From NCBI RefSeq assembly GCF_021869535.1, contig NW_026262604.1, positions 34,038,001-34,102,000 of the forward strand: DNA of 64,000 bases. The letters run 5' to 3'. Under the pieces are notes generated by a model, which was given only the letters and a program-made list of their open reading frames with translations, searched no databases and was not told the DNA's origin. The stretch is from Mytilus californianus. Lineage: Eukaryota. The translations under genes and the position numbers were made by a program. Each line of letters starts with the position of its first letter. Position 1 is the first letter of the stretch. Below are positions 61,901 to 64,000 of the stretch, piece by piece.

Positions 61901-63819
61901 AAGACAATTTACTTCCAGTTCTTTGAAAGGGAGATAATTCAACTTAAAAAAAAGAGGGGGGAATGGGGGTATTCTCTAGTGAAACATGCAAATGAATTTA
62001 CTGCAGCTGTATGGAATAAAAGTGTAGGTAAGTGTAACTTTCTGCTGTCTGTATACTGGTTTGCTATACAAATGAAATATAAGATAAGCTAGGTATTATG
62101 TGATTTATGATATAGAATAAATTCTGACATCAATCTACACCAACATCATAGTCAAGGAAGGTCACAAAATACATCTGTTAACATATACTTGTTCTGATGT
62201 CAACGTTATTTGTGTACATAACATAAATAAAATTTAAAATGTGTTATATTAGAGATTTCAATTGATTTTTATACCAATGATTCTAGACTAGACCAACAAG
62301 TGTTAATTCCTAAAATTTTGTTTATCTTAGAACAAATTTTAATTGATACTTCTTTCCCTTTCTTATCTGTTAGTTGTTTTTATTTAAACTTCTTTTATTT
62401 CAAACATTGTATTTACCGGATATATTTTCCATTCCGTTCCGATATTATTTTTTTTTATAATGAGGTACGTTGTATTCGTTGTTAGTTTTTGCGGTATTAA
62501 GATGCATTTTTAATCTACATCACATTCCTTGTAAACAGGCGACCCCTTTCAATGTCCTGTTACGTCCAACATAACCTCTGACCAACATGCTATTTAGTTC
62601 TAATTTTATGTTTTCAGACTAAATAACTATCTTTTTACATGTAAAACCCTTAACTAGAATCATTCTCCTCTCAGAAAATCATGTTATCATGATTGAAACA
62701 GCTACTTAAAAAATCATACATTTCGTCATGCACTTTCAACACTGTACTGAATACTTAGCCATATATATTCCTCAGAAAAAAGTCCCATGTGAATATTTTT
62801 CCTGATAAAACATGTATATATCAAATTAAATAATGTTCTACAGACTTACTTTATTGTTTAATATGTTAATTATTATTATAATGCAGTATTTAATTAAATT
62901 AAAATCTCTTCATACTGTAAACGACAAATTTATTTTCCATTACCTGTGTGACGAACACAAATATAATTGTTGTTCAGTGATTGGTCCTATCCGCAAATGT
63001 AGTCCATTTAGATCCGTAAGACACTTATTAATAATATATAAATTTCATCCTAATCGATGGAAAAACCACAACCACTTTGGATAATAATTTGTTTTTTAAT
63101 GTAGAAACCGTATAATTGCATCTCTTTACACTTTAAACGACAAATTTATTTTTCATTACTGTGTGAAGTACGAAAAATAATTGAGACTTATTGTGCAGTG
63201 ACTACTTCCTGAGACTACTTTGTGTTAGATCGGTCACTTCCTGTACTGACCAGTCAAATTGTAGTTAATTGTAAGTCTTCGATCACATGCCTTGGCACGT
63301 GACCCGAAATGATTGACAAGAAGGATTCGATCCGTCATTTTTGACAGCGGAAGAGAAAATAATATTTAACTAATGTGGATGAGTCAAAGTCAAAGATTTT
63401 ATTGATATAAAATCCAAAATCTGGATCGTCATCAACATGAATTGCTAGGATTATCTTGCAGACAAAGTGTCCTCACCTTCTGCCTTAAGTTGTTAACAAC
63501 TTCTTTTGTAGTATTCTTTAAGCTAGCAATCCTTATCTCCAAATCATCCCTCTTTCTTTTATTTGTCTCATTGTTGTTGTCACCACCACTCTGCACATTG
63601 TCAAGACTTCTCTGCACATTGTCACCACTTCTCTGCACATTTACAGGATTACCACTAGTGGTGGGGGTCTTGAAAACAAAAACAAGACCACTACAAATAT
63701 TAACACTCATTACGTTACATCAGTTAATCTATATTAATATCAAAATTCTATGTAAATTACTTCAGTGTTATCAATGAACTATTAAACAATATAGGTTCAC
63801 AATCACTGTAAACATAAAA

Positions 63820-64000
63820 AAGAAGATGTGGTATGATTGCCAATGAGACAACTCTCCACAACAGACCAAATGACACAGAAATTAACAACTATAGGTCACT
63901 GTACGGCCTTCAACAATGAGCAAAGCCAATACCGCATAGTCGGCTATAAAAGCCCCCAAAATCACAAATGACAATTGAAACGAGAAAACTAACGGCCTCA
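63820..64000 (+). repeat. Common bivalve interspersed repeat (GATGTGGTATGATTGCCAATGAGACAAC type)
   Basis: Same motif at about 32160-32200 and inverted at about 31740-31780. Confidence 0.65.

Noticed and set aside
37850-62543. 20-bp exact inverted match (37850-37869 and 62524-62543) as possible MULE TIRs
   Set aside because: Similarity does not extend on either side, no TSD is seen, and part of the motif occurs in HINE remnants. The MULE ends remain unidentified.
63432-63710. Minus-strand ORF with NVQRSGD repeats and KRKR
   Set aside because: Short, low complexity, with no clear splice partners or domain; cannot be supported as a gene from this window.

Overview
AT-rich eukaryotic DNA with GT-AG introns. 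Repeat families suggest a bivalve, probably Mytilus; this is inferred from recalled repeat families, not from a search. The window is a nested transposon cluster. (1) 1-21983 is a degenerate Maverick/Polinton (endogenous adinto-like virus). It has integrase, minor capsid, basic core protein, major capsid, adenain protease, packaging ATPase and protein-primed PolB, and its right terminus reads AGTAGT on the minus strand. The left arm carries spliced accessory genes: a type I membrane protein with two alternative tails, a tandem-SIM protein, a PC4-like protein and a BC-box/Cul2-box protein. A young Nimb/I-clade LINE splits PolB with a 13-bp TSD. (2) The Maverick sits inside the integrase of an env-bearing Gypsy element (about 21984-28100), and a second related remnant lies at about 34870-36440. 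(3) Penelope/retrozyme-like repeats with three minimal hammerhead ribozyme cores lie at 28.9-31.1 kb. (4) A 14-exon MULE transposase gene (40214-55995) is spliced in phase to the C-terminal half of a USP deubiquitinase domain. Its introns hold three homologous 71-bp satellite arrays, two of which flank the catalytic exon in inverted orientation. (5) There are eleven copies of a ~420-bp SINE whose 3' end mirrors the LINE 3' end, plus a Helentron-type HINE with 502-bp tandem cores. All assignments are by eye from motifs; no database searches were run.
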